Virus record (IMG/VR): IMGVR_UViG_2917875804_000002
Location: 1 to 34,470 of that record
From: a virus
Lineage: Duplodnaviria > Heunggongvirae > Uroviricota > Caudoviricetes
Length of the DNA: 34,470 nt
Direction: 5' to 3' (one strand)
Numbering within the stretch: position 1 is the first letter of the stretch; each line of letters opens with the position of its first letter. Below are positions 1-9,084 of the stretch, in pieces. The position numbers and the translations under genes are program-made. The notes beneath the pieces were generated by a model. That model ran no database searches and was not told where the DNA came from. It worked only from the letters and a program-made list of their open reading frames with translations.

Positions 1-634
1 TTACTGGATACTATTTGAAATAAGAAAGGAATTGCTAGGGTTATCAACGTTAGCATTAAGGCTGCTATCGCAATTATAAAGCCAGTTTTTTTTCGCAATG
101 ATTTTATTGATTTCTTTCGGAAGTCGTTTATCAAGTCCTGCAAAATCCTTTCCCATTCTAGAAAGTTGATCATCATCCAATTTATTTACGATTTTTCCTT
201 GGTAACCTTTAGTCGGTATTATTGTTTTAAATAATAACATTCGGGCTACTGCAGAATTTTGTGTCAATGAGAATGGTTCTTTTGACATATTTACAAGATA
301 TATTGAAATTATGCCATTATATCCAGGGTCAATATGCCCTGGATTCGTCATGATAATTCCATTTTTTGATAGTGTGTTTCTTGGGAATATTACACCAGCT
401 AAATTTTTTTGCAAGTTGGAATTTTTCATTTAACTCTAATATTACAGTTTCCCCTGGCATCAGGATATGGTTGTTACGTGTTTTTTTATTGTCTTGACAG
501 TCTGGTATATGTATTGTTTTTACAGAGAGATCAATGCTTGCAGATTGAACTTTAAATGTTCCATTTAATACCGTTAATGGATCAAAAATGTTGCCTCGCT
601 GAATTTCATCATTGATTTCTATTTCAGACAGCAT
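1..634 (-). CDS. dCTP deaminase/dUTPase-fold protein with C-terminal extension (cargo); reading frame broken by apparent 1-nt insertion in T7 run 404-410
   Basis: ORFs 329..634 and 1..429 overlap in different frames; N-part MLSEIEINDEI...NGTFKVQSASIDLSV and C-part NLAGVIFPRNTLSKNGIIMTNPGHIDPGYNGIISIYLVN resemble E. coli Dcd by eye (RIDPGWSG-type motif); RBS-like AGGA upstream of ATG at 634; strongly AT-rich. Confidence 0.6.
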
Positions 635-697
635 ATCAAAATCCTATATTTGTAAAGTTATTATAAATTAGCCAGAGGGTTTTTTATTACTGCATCT

Positions 698-1675
698 TCA
701 AGATGCTCTGGGGAAAAAATGTGCATAAATCATAGTCATTTTTATATCAGAGTGGCCTAAAATATCTCGTAAAACCAAAATATTACCACCATTCATCATA
801 AAATGGCTGGCGAATGTATGGCGCAGAACGTGGGTGCATTGGCCCTCTGGTAACTCAATGTCAGCTCGCTTTACTGCTCGTTCAAAGGCTTTTCTGCAAG
901 GAGTGAATAACTTCCCTCTGTTCTTAGGGAGTTCGTCATACAGATCCTGAGATATCGGCACGGTACGGTTTTTCTTGCCCTTAGTCTTGGTATAGGTGAT
1001 CCGGTATTTCGATAACTGATGGCCCTGCAGATTTTCGGCTTCACTCCAGCGCGCGCCGGTGGCCAGGCATATTTTTGCAATTAAAAGTAGACTGGGGTTT
1101 TGAGAATCAGCACAGGCATCCAGCAGACGTTTAATTTCTTCCGGGGTCAGGAACGCCAGTTCACCCTCAGCAATTTTAAATGTTGGCAGCCCGGCAAGCG
1201 GATTGGGGGCTGACCAGTGGCCCAACTTTTTCAGTGTGCCAAAAACAGATGATAGGTTGCGCTGTTCAAGGTTTACAGTGCGGGGCTTAACGGGCGACAT
1301 AAGCGTGCCCTCTTCATTTCGCACTTCACCTTTTAGCCGCGCTTCTCGGTATTTAGTAAAATCACCGGCTGTCAGCTCTGAGGCGATGGGATCGCCTAGA
1401 CCATTACAGATAATTCTAAGTTTCGCCATGAGGCGCTTGGGGTCTGCGAGTGTTTGACCATACAGGGAATACCACTGCTCAATTAATTCTGATAGGTGTC
1501 GCCGATCTTCCTTTTCCCCCAGCCATGGCTTTTTGTTCACTTCTTCCATTGTGAAGCTTTCAAAAGCAATGGCTTCGCCTTTCGTAGCAAATTGCTTACG
1601 CACGCGCTTGCCATTGCGTCCATGGGGATAGCACTCGCACAACCATTTACCGTTTGGCTGTTTTCTGACAGTCAT
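698..1675 (-). CDS. int: tyrosine site-specific integrase (P2/186 Int family)
   Basis: 325-aa ORF; C-terminal catalytic region HVLRHTFASHFMMNGGNILVLRDILGHSDIKMTMIYAHF with R/H/R/Y signature; position next to repressor. Confidence 0.9.
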   Translation of the reverse strand: MTVRKQPNGKWLCECYPHGRNGKRVRKQFATKGEAIAFESFTMEEVNKKPWLGEKEDRRHLSELIEQWYSLYGQTLADPKRLMAKLRIICNGLGDPIASELTAGDFTKYREARLKGEVRNEEGTLMSPVKPRTVNLEQRNLSSVFGTLKKLGHWSAPNPLAGLPTFKIAEGELAFLTPEEIKRLLDACADSQNPSLLLIAKICLATGARWSEAENLQGHQLSKYRITYTKTKGKKNRTVPISQDLYDELPKNRGKLFTPCRKAFERAVKRADIELPEGQCTHVLRHTFASHFMMNGGNILVLRDILGHSDIKMTMIYAHFFPRAS

Positions 1676-1677
1676 GT

Positions 1678-2310
1678 TTAGATACTCTTTATTACTTTGA
1701 CTGCACGCCCAATAACTTCCACATCATCAGTAGAGCACTCGAAAGACGCTTCATCTTGATTTACTACAATCTTATTGCCGGGAATCCGCATGATTTTTGC
1801 AACAATAATCATTCCATCAATATTGATAAGCCAGAATCCATTGCTGACCTGTTTAATTGATTTATCGATGAGATAACAATTAGTAGGGGTTTCTAAGAAC
1901 ATCAATTCTTCATAATCTGCAGGTAATATGCTGTGGTCTAGGAAAATCTCTTCATCAATACTGAGTTGTCCATTCTCCAGGGTTCCTTTAGGAATAGCTG
2001 GAGTTATGAGTTTGGATAACGGTTTAATTGCTTGTTTGTTCTCATTATGAGAACTTTTCTCAGGCTCAGCTCCTCCTTTCATGCTTCCCTGTCCTGTAGC
2101 TAACCAAAGCAACGAAACACCGGTTTCTAGTGCGCACTGAATTATCCAGTCAGCAGGAAAGCTGTCACGTAACACTCTGTTTGCCATAGTGCTTTTTGAG
2201 ACATTCAGGTGCTCGCTTAATGCCTGCTTAGTTGTGAATCCATAAGCCTCAAGCAGCCTTTCAATAGCTGCCTTACCTCCCGTATCGGAACCCATTCTGA
2301 TGTTTAACAT
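1678..2310 (-). CDS. cI: CI-type lysogeny repressor (186 CI-like, N-terminal HTH)
   Basis: 210-aa ORF directly upstream of int on same strand, divergent from apl/cII; HTH-like segment TTKQALSEHLNVSKSTMANRV. Confidence 0.75.
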   Translation of the reverse strand: MLNIRMGSDTGGKAAIERLLEAYGFTTKQALSEHLNVSKSTMANRVLRDSFPADWIIQCALETGVSLLWLATGQGSMKGGAEPEKSSHNENKQAIKPLSKLITPAIPKGTLENGQLSIDEEIFLDHSILPADYEELMFLETPTNCYLIDKSIKQVSNGFWLINIDGMIIVAKIMRIPGNKIVVNQDEASFECSTDDVEVIGRAVKVIKSI

Positions 2311-2432
2311 TGGTGATCTCCATTTGACAATCTTGAATCAAGATCGTAATGTCTTCATGTCTCTTGATGTGAGAGTTTAAGAGACGGGCTAAAAACGAAC
2401 TAACACGCACACAAAGTAAGAGATATTGCACT
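2311..2432. promoter_or_regulatory. lysis/lysogeny switch region with divergent promoters (TTGACA at 2324-2329 as candidate -35 of rightward promoter)
   Basis: Intergenic region between divergently oriented cI and apl; TTGACA followed about 17 nt later by an A/T-rich -10-like hexamer. Confidence 0.35.
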
Positions 2433-2676
2433 ATGAGCACTGATATTTCAATTCGTGTACCAAAAGAGATGGCTACGCCTGCAGAGTTCGCGGAATGGGA
2501 AGGTATCTCCCGCGGCTCCGTGTATCAAAAAATTCACCATGGTCAGCTTGCTAAATACATGGTCAAGAAAGAAAAAAAACAAAGGCCGCGTAAGCCTGCG
2601 TTATTTAATGTACAAAACCGATCAGGTCCGTGAATCCCTCGGTCATTCCAACTTCCGCGTCATTGTTGGTAAGTAA
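2433..2676 (+). CDS. apl: Apl/Cox-type excisionase-transcriptional regulator; frame broken in A8 run 2572-2579
   Basis: ORFs 2433..2633 and 2455..2676 overlap; N-part has HTH-like ATPAEFAEWEGISRGSVYQKI; first gene of rightward early operon. Confidence 0.55.
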
Positions 2677-2708
2677 GTTCAATTATGAGAACTTTCTAAG
2701 GGGGTAGC

Positions 2709-3218
2709 ATGTTTGATTATAAGATTTCCAAACACCCGCATTTTGATGAAGCCTGTAGAGCTTTTGCACTTCGTCACAATATGGCGAAGCTGGCAGAACG
2801 TGCAGGAATGAATGTCCAGACTTTGCGAAACAAACTCAACCCAGATCAACCGCATCAGCTCAATGCGCCAGAAATCTGGCTGCTTACCGATCTGACTGAA
2901 GATTCAACGCTGATAGATGGTTTTCTGGCACAGATTCACTGCCTGCCATGTGTACCGATTAATGAGGTAGCAAAAGAGAAACTGCCGCATTACGTCATGA
3001 GTGCAACCGCAGAGATCGGGCGTGTTGCTGCAGGTGCGGTATCTGGCGATGTAAAAACCAGTGCAGGTCGTCGTGATGCTATCAGCAGCATTAACTCTGT
3101 AACACGACTGATGGCGCTGGCTGCTGTTTCATTGCAGGCCCGTTTACAGGCTAATCCTGCGATGGCGAGTGCAGTTGATACCGTGACTGGCCTCGGTGCT
3201 TCATTCGGTTTGCTGTGA
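2709..3218 (+). CDS. cII: phage regulatory CII-family protein (186 CII-like)
   Basis: 169-aa ORF, same length class and position as 186 CII; RBS GGGGG upstream of ATG. Confidence 0.7.
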   Translation: MFDYKISKHPHFDEACRAFALRHNMAKLAERAGMNVQTLRNKLNPDQPHQLNAPEIWLLTDLTEDSTLIDGFLAQIHCLPCVPINEVAKEKLPHYVMSATAEIGRVAAGAVSGDVKTSAGRRDAISSINSVTRLMALAAVSLQARLQANPAMASAVDTVTGLGASFGLL

Positions 3219-3225
3219 GGTGCTT

Positions 3226-3426
3226 ATGCTTACGAAAGAACCATCATTTGCATCGCTGCTGGTAAAGCAAAGCCCGGCAATGCACTACGGTCACGGCTGG
3301 ATCATGGGTGAGGATGGTAAACGCTGGCATCCATGCCGTTCACAAGATGAATTGCTGGCAGAACTATCTACGAAAAAACGGGGGAACAAATGGCTATTGA
3401 AGGCGCTGCGGCGACTGTTCCATTAA
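3226..3426 (+). CDS. small early-operon protein of unknown function (fil/dhr region)
   Basis: ORF with GAGG RBS 5 nt upstream of ATG 3226; position equivalent to 186 fil/dhr genes; function not recognisable. Confidence 0.35.
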   Translation: MLTKEPSFASLLVKQSPAMHYGHGWIMGEDGKRWHPCRSQDELLAELSTKKRGNKWLLKALRRLFH

Positions 3427-3731
3427 GCCCCGGTGAACGCCTGAATGGACTTAATCATATTGCGGAGTTAAGGGCGAAAGTTTTTGGTCTTAATATTGAG
3501 TCAGAGCTTGAGCGGTTTATTAAAGATATGCGTGATCCACGGGATATTAATAGCGAACAAAATAAACGGGCACTCGCTGCCATATTCTTTATGGCAAAAA
3601 TTCCAGCTGAACGTCATAGCATCAGCATTAATGAGCTGACCACTGACGAAAAGCGGGAGTTGATTAAAGCAATGAATCATTTTCGTGCAGTGGTGAGCTT
3701 ATTTCCCAGACGGCTAACCATGCCGAATTAA
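3390..3731 (+). CDS. early-operon hypothetical protein (start uncertain; may be joined to preceding ORF if an indel is present near 3370-3395)
   Basis: 113-aa ORF overlapping previous ORF by 37 nt in another frame; A6 and G5 runs in overlap. Confidence 0.35.
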   Translation: MAIEGAAATVPLSPGERLNGLNHIAELRAKVFGLNIESELERFIKDMRDPRDINSEQNKRALAAIFFMAKIPAERHSISINELTTDEKRELIKAMNHFRAVVSLFPRRLTMPN

Positions 3732-3798
3732 CCAACTAATGAAATTAATGGCGTAAACCCGCCGGGCATCCCTTTATCTAAATTCAGGAGAATTGATT

Positions 3799-4032
3799 AT
3801 GCGTAATATTGAAACCCTCACGACTAAAACCGGACCGGATGACGCAGGGCTTAATATTTTACTGACAGAGGCTCGTCTGGAAGAACGCCGGGCAAGGGCT
3901 GAAGCAATGGCAGCTCGCCTTGATAGCCTGGCGTGTCATATCACATCCCGCCAGCTAAACCACGTCGAAGCGGCAGAACTGCTGCGTGTGACTGCTGAAG
4001 CAATCCAGAACGAAGCGCAGGAGATCCACTGA
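3799..4032 (+). CDS. small early-operon hypothetical protein
   Basis: ATG at 3799 preceded by AGGAG (3786-3790); 77 aa, helical-looking, charged. Confidence 0.4.
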   Translation: MRNIETLTTKTGPDDAGLNILLTEARLEERRARAEAMAARLDSLACHITSRQLNHVEAAELLRVTAEAIQNEAQEIH

Positions 4033-4259
4033 TGGCTGATGCAATGGATCTCGTACAGCAGCGCGTTGAAGAAGAACGCCAGCGCCATATCTGTGCTGCC
4101 CGTGCTAAAACACCGGGCGTGTCCCGCGTGCTTTGCATTGAGTGTGAAGCGCCAATTCCGCCAGCACGCCGCCGCGCCATTCCGGGTGTGCAGCTTTGCA
4201 TTACCTGTCAGGAAATCGCAGAGCTGAAAGGTAAACATTACAACGGAGGTGCTGTATGA
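4032..4259 (+). CDS. TraR/DksA-family C4-type zinc-finger protein
   Basis: 75 aa with CIECEAP...CITCQ (CxxC-N17-CxxC) spacing typical of TraR/DksA zinc ribbon. Confidence 0.7.
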   Translation: MADAMDLVQQRVEEERQRHICAARAKTPGVSRVLCIECEAPIPPARRRAIPGVQLCITCQEIAELKGKHYNGGAV

Positions 4260-5113
4260 GCACCATCCTGAAATGGGCGGGAAATAAAACCGCCATTATG
4301 TCCGAACTGAAAAAACATCTTCCTGCTGGCCCGCGACTGGTTGAACCTTTCGCGGGTTCCTGTGCAGTGATGATGGAGACGGATTACCCCAGCTATCTGG
4401 TTGCGGATATTAATCCTGATTTAATCAATCTCTATAAAAAGGTTGCTGCTGATTGTGAGGCGTTTATATCTAGCGCCAGAATTTTGTTTGAGGAAGCAAA
4501 CAGGGAGGTGGCTTATTACAACATAAGGCAGGAGTTTAATTACTCCACTGAAATTACTGATTTCATGAAAGCGGTATATTTCCTGTATCTCAATCGTCAC
4601 GGTTACCGTGGTTTATGTCGCTATAACAAGAGCGGGCATTTCAACATTCCCTACGGTAATTATAAAAATCCGTATTTCCCTGAAAAAGAAATTCGCGCAT
4701 TTGCAGAAAAGGCCCAGCGAGCAACGTTTATCTGCGCCAGCTTTGATGAAACGCTGGCGATGTTGAAGGCGGGGGATGTGGTGTATTGCGATCCGCCGTA
4801 TGACGGTACGTTTTCCGGCTATCACACTGACGGCTTCACTGAAGATGACCAGTATCACCTGGCATCTGTTCTTGAACATCGGTCATCAGAAGGACATCCG
4901 GTCATTGTTTCTAACAGTGACACATCCCTGATCCGTTCGCTGTATCGCAATTTTACTCACCACTACATCAAGGCAAAACGCAGCATCGGCGTAGCAGCTG
5001 GTGAGAGTAAATCTGCAACAGAAATCATCGCTGTTTCTGGGGTGCGCTGCAGGGTGGGATTTGATCCTTCGCGTGGCGTGGATAGTTCTGCCGTGTACGG
5101 AGTGCGTGCATGA
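4256..5113 (+). CDS. dam: DNA adenine methyltransferase (Dam-like, D12 class N6-adenine MTase)
   Basis: N-terminal KWAGNK and EPFAGSCAV (AdoMet motif I), DPPY catalytic motif ([10 protein letters not shown]). Confidence 0.85.
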   Translation: MSTILKWAGNKTAIMSELKKHLPAGPRLVEPFAGSCAVMMETDYPSYLVADINPDLINLYKKVAADCEAFISSARILFEEANREVAYYNIRQEFNYSTEITDFMKAVYFLYLNRHGYRGLCRYNKSGHFNIPYGNYKNPYFPEKEIRAFAEKAQRATFICASFDETLAMLKAGDVVYCDPPYDGTFSGYHTDGFTEDDQYHLASVLEHRSSEGHPVIVSNSDTSLIRSLYRNFTHHYIKAKRSIGVAAGESKSATEIIAVSGVRCRVGFDPSRGVDSSAVYGVRA

Positions 5114-7524
5114 GCCATGCTGATATGAACAACTGCAGCGGCTTTAACGAGGCCGCCGCAGCATTCTCATGGAACAGCCCGAAAAAGGCCATTAACCCTT
5201 ATCTGGACCCGGCAGAAGTTGCGCCGGTTTCTGCGCTTTCAAACCTGATCACTCTGTACGCTACCGATAACGAGCAGGAACAACTGCGCCGCGAGGCACT
5301 GAGTGATCAGGTCTGGGAGCGTTATTTCTTTAATGAATCCCGTGATCCTGTCCAGCGCGAAATGGAGCAGGATAAGCTCATTAGCCGGGCAAAGCTGGCG
5401 CATGAGCAGCAGCGTTTTAATCCGGATATGGTCATTCTGGCGGACGTCAACGCCCAGCCTTCCCATATCAGCAAGCCGCTGATACAACGTATTGAATACT
5501 TCAGCAGCCTGGGCAGGCCAAAGGCTTATTCCCGCTATTTACGTGAGACGATTAAGCCATGTCTGGAACGACTGGAGCATGTACGCGACAGTCAGCTATC
5601 TGCATCTTTTCGCTTTATGGCAAGCCATGAAGGGCTGGACGGCCTGCTGATCCTGCCTGAAATGAGTCAGGATCAGGTGAAACGCCTGTCCACCCTGGTA
5701 GCTGCGCATATGAGTATGTGCCTTGATGCAGCTTGTGGCGATTTGTATGCCACCGATGACGTTAAGCCAGAAGAAATCCGCAAGACATGGGAAAAGGTGG
5801 CAGCGGAAACCCTGCGTCTGGATGTCATCCCGCCTGCGTTTGAGCAACTCCGCCGGAAAAGAAACCGCCGTAAACCCGTGCCCTATGAACTCATTCCGGG
5901 GTCGCTGGCGCGTATGCTGTGCGCCGACTGGTGGTATCGGAAATTGTGGAAGATGCGTTGCGAATGGCGGGAAGAGCAGTTGCGTGCTGTTTGCCTGGTC
6001 AGCAAAAAAGCATCTCCCTATGTCAGCTATGAAGCCGTGATGCATAAACGTGAGCAGCGCCGTAAGTCGCTGGAGTTTTTCCGTTCTCATGAACTGGTGA
6101 ACGAAGACGGCGACACGCTGGACATGGAGGATGTGGTAAACGCCAGCAGCAGCAACCCTGCGCATCGCCGCAATGAGATGATGGCCTGTGTTAAAGGTCT
6201 GGAGCTTATCGCGGAAATGCGCGGTGACTGCGCCGTTTTCTACACCATCACCTGTCCGTCACGTTTCCATTCCACGCTAAATAACGGCAGGCCCAACCCG
6301 ACTTGGACAAATGCGACGGTAAGACAAAGCAGTGATTATCTGGTCGGCATGTTTGCTGCATTTCGTAAGGCGATGCACAAAGCCGGGTTGCGCTGGTATG
6401 GCGTGCGGGTGGCTGAGCCGCATCATGACGGCACAGTTCACTGGCACCTGTTGTGTTTCATGCGCAAAAAAGACCGCCGCGCCATTACTGCATTGTTGCG
6501 TAAGTTTGCTATCCGTGAAGACCGCGAGGAGCTGGGTAATAACACGGGGCCACGCTTTAAGTCTGAGCTGATAAACCCGCGCAAAGGAACGCCGACTAGC
6601 TACATCGCGAAATACATCAGTAAGAACATTGACGGGCGTGGTCTGGCTGGCGAGATCAGCAAGGAAACGGGTAAATCTCTGCGTGATAACGCTGAATACG
6701 TTAATGCCTGGGCGTCTCTGCATCGTGTTCAGCAATTCCGCTTCTTTGGCATTCCGGGGCGTCAGGCTTACCGTGAACTGCGATTGCTGGCTGGTCAGGC
6801 GGCAAGGCAACAGGGTGACAAAAAAGCAGGTGCGCCGGTACTGGATAACCCGCGCCTTGATGCCATTCTGGCTGCAGCTGATGCTGGTTGTTTTGCCACC
6901 TACATCATGAAGCAGGGCGGCGTACTGGTTCCCCGTAAATATCACCTCATCAGAACCGCTTATGAAATCAACGAAGAGCCGACCGCCTATGGCGATCACG
7001 GCATTCGTATTTATGGCATCTGGTCACCCATTGCAGAGGGCAAAATCTGCACTCATGCCGTGAAGTGGAAAATGGTTCGTAAGGCCGTTGACGTTCAGGA
7101 GGCGGCAGCCGACCAGGGCGCTTGCGCCCCTTGGACTCGTGGCAATAACTGTCCCCTTGCTGAAAATTTGTACCAACAAGGGAAAGACAAATCAGCTGAT
7201 GGGGATACCAGAACGGATATCACCCGCATGGATGACAAGGAGTTGCACGATTACCTGCACAGTATGAGCAAAAAAGAGCGCCGGGAACTGGCAGCAAGGT
7301 TACGCCTGGTTAAACCGAAACGGCGTAAAGACTACAAACAGCGAATTACAGACCATCAGCGACAGCAGATCGTCTATGAGCTGAAGTCCAGAGGATTTGA
7401 TGGTAGCGAGAAAGAGGTCGATTTACTCCTTCGCGGCGGCAGTATTCCGTCAGGAGCAGGCCTGCGTATCTTCTATCGGAACCAGCGTTTGCAGGAAGAT
7501 GATAAGTGGCGGAACCTGTATTAA
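5110..7524 (+). CDS. A: replication initiation endonuclease (P2/186 gene A, rolling-circle initiator)
   Basis: 804-aa ORF at the position of gene A; HxH-type metal motif TVHWHLL; start overlaps dam stop. Confidence 0.85.
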   Translation: MSHADMNNCSGFNEAAAAFSWNSPKKAINPYLDPAEVAPVSALSNLITLYATDNEQEQLRREALSDQVWERYFFNESRDPVQREMEQDKLISRAKLAHEQQRFNPDMVILADVNAQPSHISKPLIQRIEYFSSLGRPKAYSRYLRETIKPCLERLEHVRDSQLSASFRFMASHEGLDGLLILPEMSQDQVKRLSTLVAAHMSMCLDAACGDLYATDDVKPEEIRKTWEKVAAETLRLDVIPPAFEQLRRKRNRRKPVPYELIPGSLARMLCADWWYRKLWKMRCEWREEQLRAVCLVSKKASPYVSYEAVMHKREQRRKSLEFFRSHELVNEDGDTLDMEDVVNASSSNPAHRRNEMMACVKGLELIAEMRGDCAVFYTITCPSRFHSTLNNGRPNPTWTNATVRQSSDYLVGMFAAFRKAMHKAGLRWYGVRVAEPHHDGTVHWHLLCFMRKKDRRAITALLRKFAIREDREELGNNTGPRFKSELINPRKGTPTSYIAKYISKNIDGRGLAGEISKETGKSLRDNAEYVNAWASLHRVQQFRFFGIPGRQAYRELRLLAGQAARQQGDKKAGAPVLDNPRLDAILAAADAGCFATYIMKQGGVLVPRKYHLIRTAYEINEEPTAYGDHGIRIYGIWSPIAEGKICTHAVKWKMVRKAVDVQEAAADQGACAPWTRGNNCPLAENLYQQGKDKSADGDTRTDITRMDDKELHDYLHSMSKKERRELAARLRLVKPKRRKDYKQRITDHQRQQIVYELKSRGFDGSEKEVDLLLRGGSIPSGAGLRIFYRNQRLQEDDKWRNLY

Positions 7525-7618
7525 TTACGCTGGTTAACAATTAATACTCTAAATAATAAGCAAAGGGATAAATCCTATTGATTTTAAAAAACCTTTTTAC
7601 TTTAACGATATTATTATG

Positions 7619-7638
7619 TACTGTATGTAAAACCAGTG
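7619..7638. promoter_or_regulatory. LexA box (SOS operator) upstream of small ORF + DinI-like gene
   Basis: TACTGTATGTAAAACCAGTG contains CTG-N10-CAG (7621-7636) and matches about 14/20 of the E. coli consensus TACTGTATATATATACAGTA; located about 50 nt upstream of ATG 7684. Confidence 0.5.
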
Positions 7639-7683
7639 GTTAAGTATACAGTATTATCTACCCACAGTGAGATAGGAGGGAAG

Positions 7684-7872
7684 ATGCAGGATTATTTTTT
7701 AGAGTCGTTGAAACTCCAGCGAATTGATTTTTTTCTTAAGCTTGTAGTGGCCAGTGAATGTAGTGATCAGGAAAAAGAGCTTGCGCTGCTTTGGATTTCA
7801 GAACTGACGGATGAACTCATGGCAAAAATCAGAACCCACGAATATAACCGCTCAATGGATGTTGTTAACTGA
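7684..7872 (+). CDS. small SOS-controlled protein, possible Tum-type antirepressor analogue
   Basis: 62-aa ORF with AGGAGG RBS (7673-7678); position equals 186 tum (LexA-regulated operon before the DinI homologue). Confidence 0.4.
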   Translation: MQDYFLESLKLQRIDFFLKLVVASECSDQEKELALLWISELTDELMAKIRTHEYNRSMDVVN

Positions 7873-7882
7873 GGGGTAATTT

Positions 7883-8116
7883 ATGCGCATTGAAATAATG
7901 ATCGATAAAGAGCAGAAGATTAGCCAGTCTACCCTGGACGCCCTTGAATCCGAGCTTTACCGCAATCTGCGCCCCCTGTATCCCAAAACGGTAATTCGCA
8001 TCCGCAAAGGTAGCTCTAACGGTGTGGAACTGACCGGACTGAAACTGGACGAAGAAAAAAAACAAGTGATGAAAATTATGCAGCAGGTATGGGAAGACGA
8101 CAGCTGGCTGCATTAA
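7883..8116 (+). CDS. DinI-family protein
   Basis: 77 aa MRIEIMIDKEQKISQSTLDALESELYRNLRPLYP...IMQQVWEDDSWLH closely parallels E. coli DinI by eye (MRIEV...WE..D.W). Confidence 0.75.
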   Translation: MRIEIMIDKEQKISQSTLDALESELYRNLRPLYPKTVIRIRKGSSNGVELTGLKLDEEKKQVMKIMQQVWEDDSWLH

Positions 8117-8229
8117 GAAACGTTGCCCCCAGGAGGATTCATTCTGATGGGGGCTGGTTTGGGCAACGAGTGAAACGAGGCGTAAAGTGGTCGGCCTGTT
8201 GGCAGCGTTGAAAAGCGAAAGCCGCAATA

Positions 8230-8649
8230 CTATAAATTAGTTTTTATTAGATAGTGCCTTTGTGCCCCTGCTTTAGGGAAATCAGGTAATGACATTTGAA
8301 GTATATAACCCTGTTTTTCATAAAAAGGGAGCGCCTGGAAGCTAAATGTATCGACAAGGCCATGAATACAACCGTTCATCACACCTTCTTTCTCAGCCAT
8401 GCTCATAAGTTTGCTACCCAAACCGCCACTCCGTGCTGATTCACTCACCCAAAGATAATCAATACACAGCCATGGACCTTTCCTGTCCGCAATTAACCCA
8501 CCTACCATCTCTCCGATTTCATTTCTGCAGTAGACACCGATCTGTCCATTTTTACTAAAATCGATAAACTGAGCATTGTAGCTTCTTAGCCCCGCTAACA
8601 GTTCTTCTCTATCATATTCAGTAACTTTATGAACTACTTGAATGTTCAT
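8230..8649 (-). CDS. GNAT-family N-acetyltransferase (cargo at the old/tin-equivalent position)
   Basis: 139 aa; acetyl-CoA binding motif region [12 protein letters not shown]; AT-rich; oriented opposite to early operon, just inside cos. Confidence 0.7.
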   Translation of the reverse strand: MNIQVVHKVTEYDREELLAGLRSYNAQFIDFSKNGQIGVYCRNEIGEMVGGLIADRKGPWLCIDYLWVSESARSGGLGSKLMSMAEKEGVMNGCIHGLVDTFSFQALPFYEKQGYILQMSLPDFPKAGAQRHYLIKTNL

Positions 8650-8964
8650 ACATATCCGTTTTAGTGATTATTTTATTCAGTGCTAAATGTTATAGATAAG
8701 TTTACTTTATGTTTCAATGTATTGTTGTAAATTTAATCAATTTACCATTTCCGGGTCCGTTCCTTGCTCACAGCGAACCTTTAGCTTTGTTAGCTCGAAT
8801 ATGTCGGTTTTTAAGTGGTCAATCAGATACGTACCTTCACCCCACTCGTTAGTGCATGTCTATGCCGCATGAATCCGCATGATCGTTTGAGGATCGTTTT
8901 TGCTGAGGCCCCCCAGAACTGGCGGGCTTTTGCTTATGTCATGCAGGTGCATGAAAACCACTAC

Positions 8965-8983
8965 ATAAAGCGGGCAGGCGTGG
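8965..8983. other. cos-like cohesive-end sequence of P2/186 family
   Basis: GGCGTGGCGGGGATACGAG: first 13 nt match my recollection of the 186/P2 19-nt cohesive end (GGCG[T/A]GGCGGGGAAAGCA[T/C]); GC-rich island in AT-rich surroundings, located between gene A side and portal side. Confidence 0.4.
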
Positions 8984-9084
8984 CGGGGATACGAGCGCGC
9001 GCGGGCCATAGAACTAACTTATTGTATCTTGTAAACATTTGAGCATGTTGTAAGGAACAAAACCCTAATGTTATCATCAAAAAA

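Noticed and set aside
697-705. 9-mer TTCAAGATG shared between the int 3' end and 32698..32706, considered as attL/attR core
   Set aside because: Only 9 nt with no flanking identity; chance-level match and not part of the ssrA 3' end where the core is expected.
5596-6999. Long minus-strand ORFs (5596..6165, 6277..6999) inside replication gene A
   Set aside because: Antisense to a well-supported 804-aa gene, no RBS, translations are low-complexity; typical spurious antisense ORFs in GC-balanced coding DNA.
7684-8116. Fusing the 62-aa SOS ORF and DinI-like ORF into one Tum-sized protein
   Set aside because: The two ORFs are in different frames separated by a stop and a fresh RBS-like GAGGGG plus ATG; no homopolymer between them to suggest an indel, so kept as two genes.
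8122-8172. Stem-loop after the DinI-like gene containing AGGAGG plus ATG and an 8-codon ORF
   Set aside because: ORF too short and hairpin arms are imperfect with competing registers; probably just a weak terminator or chance structure.
8815-9042. 75-aa plus-strand ORF spanning the cos-like sequence
   Set aside because: Crosses a GC-rich non-coding island and the candidate cohesive end, no RBS, Arg/Ala-rich; more likely non-coding.
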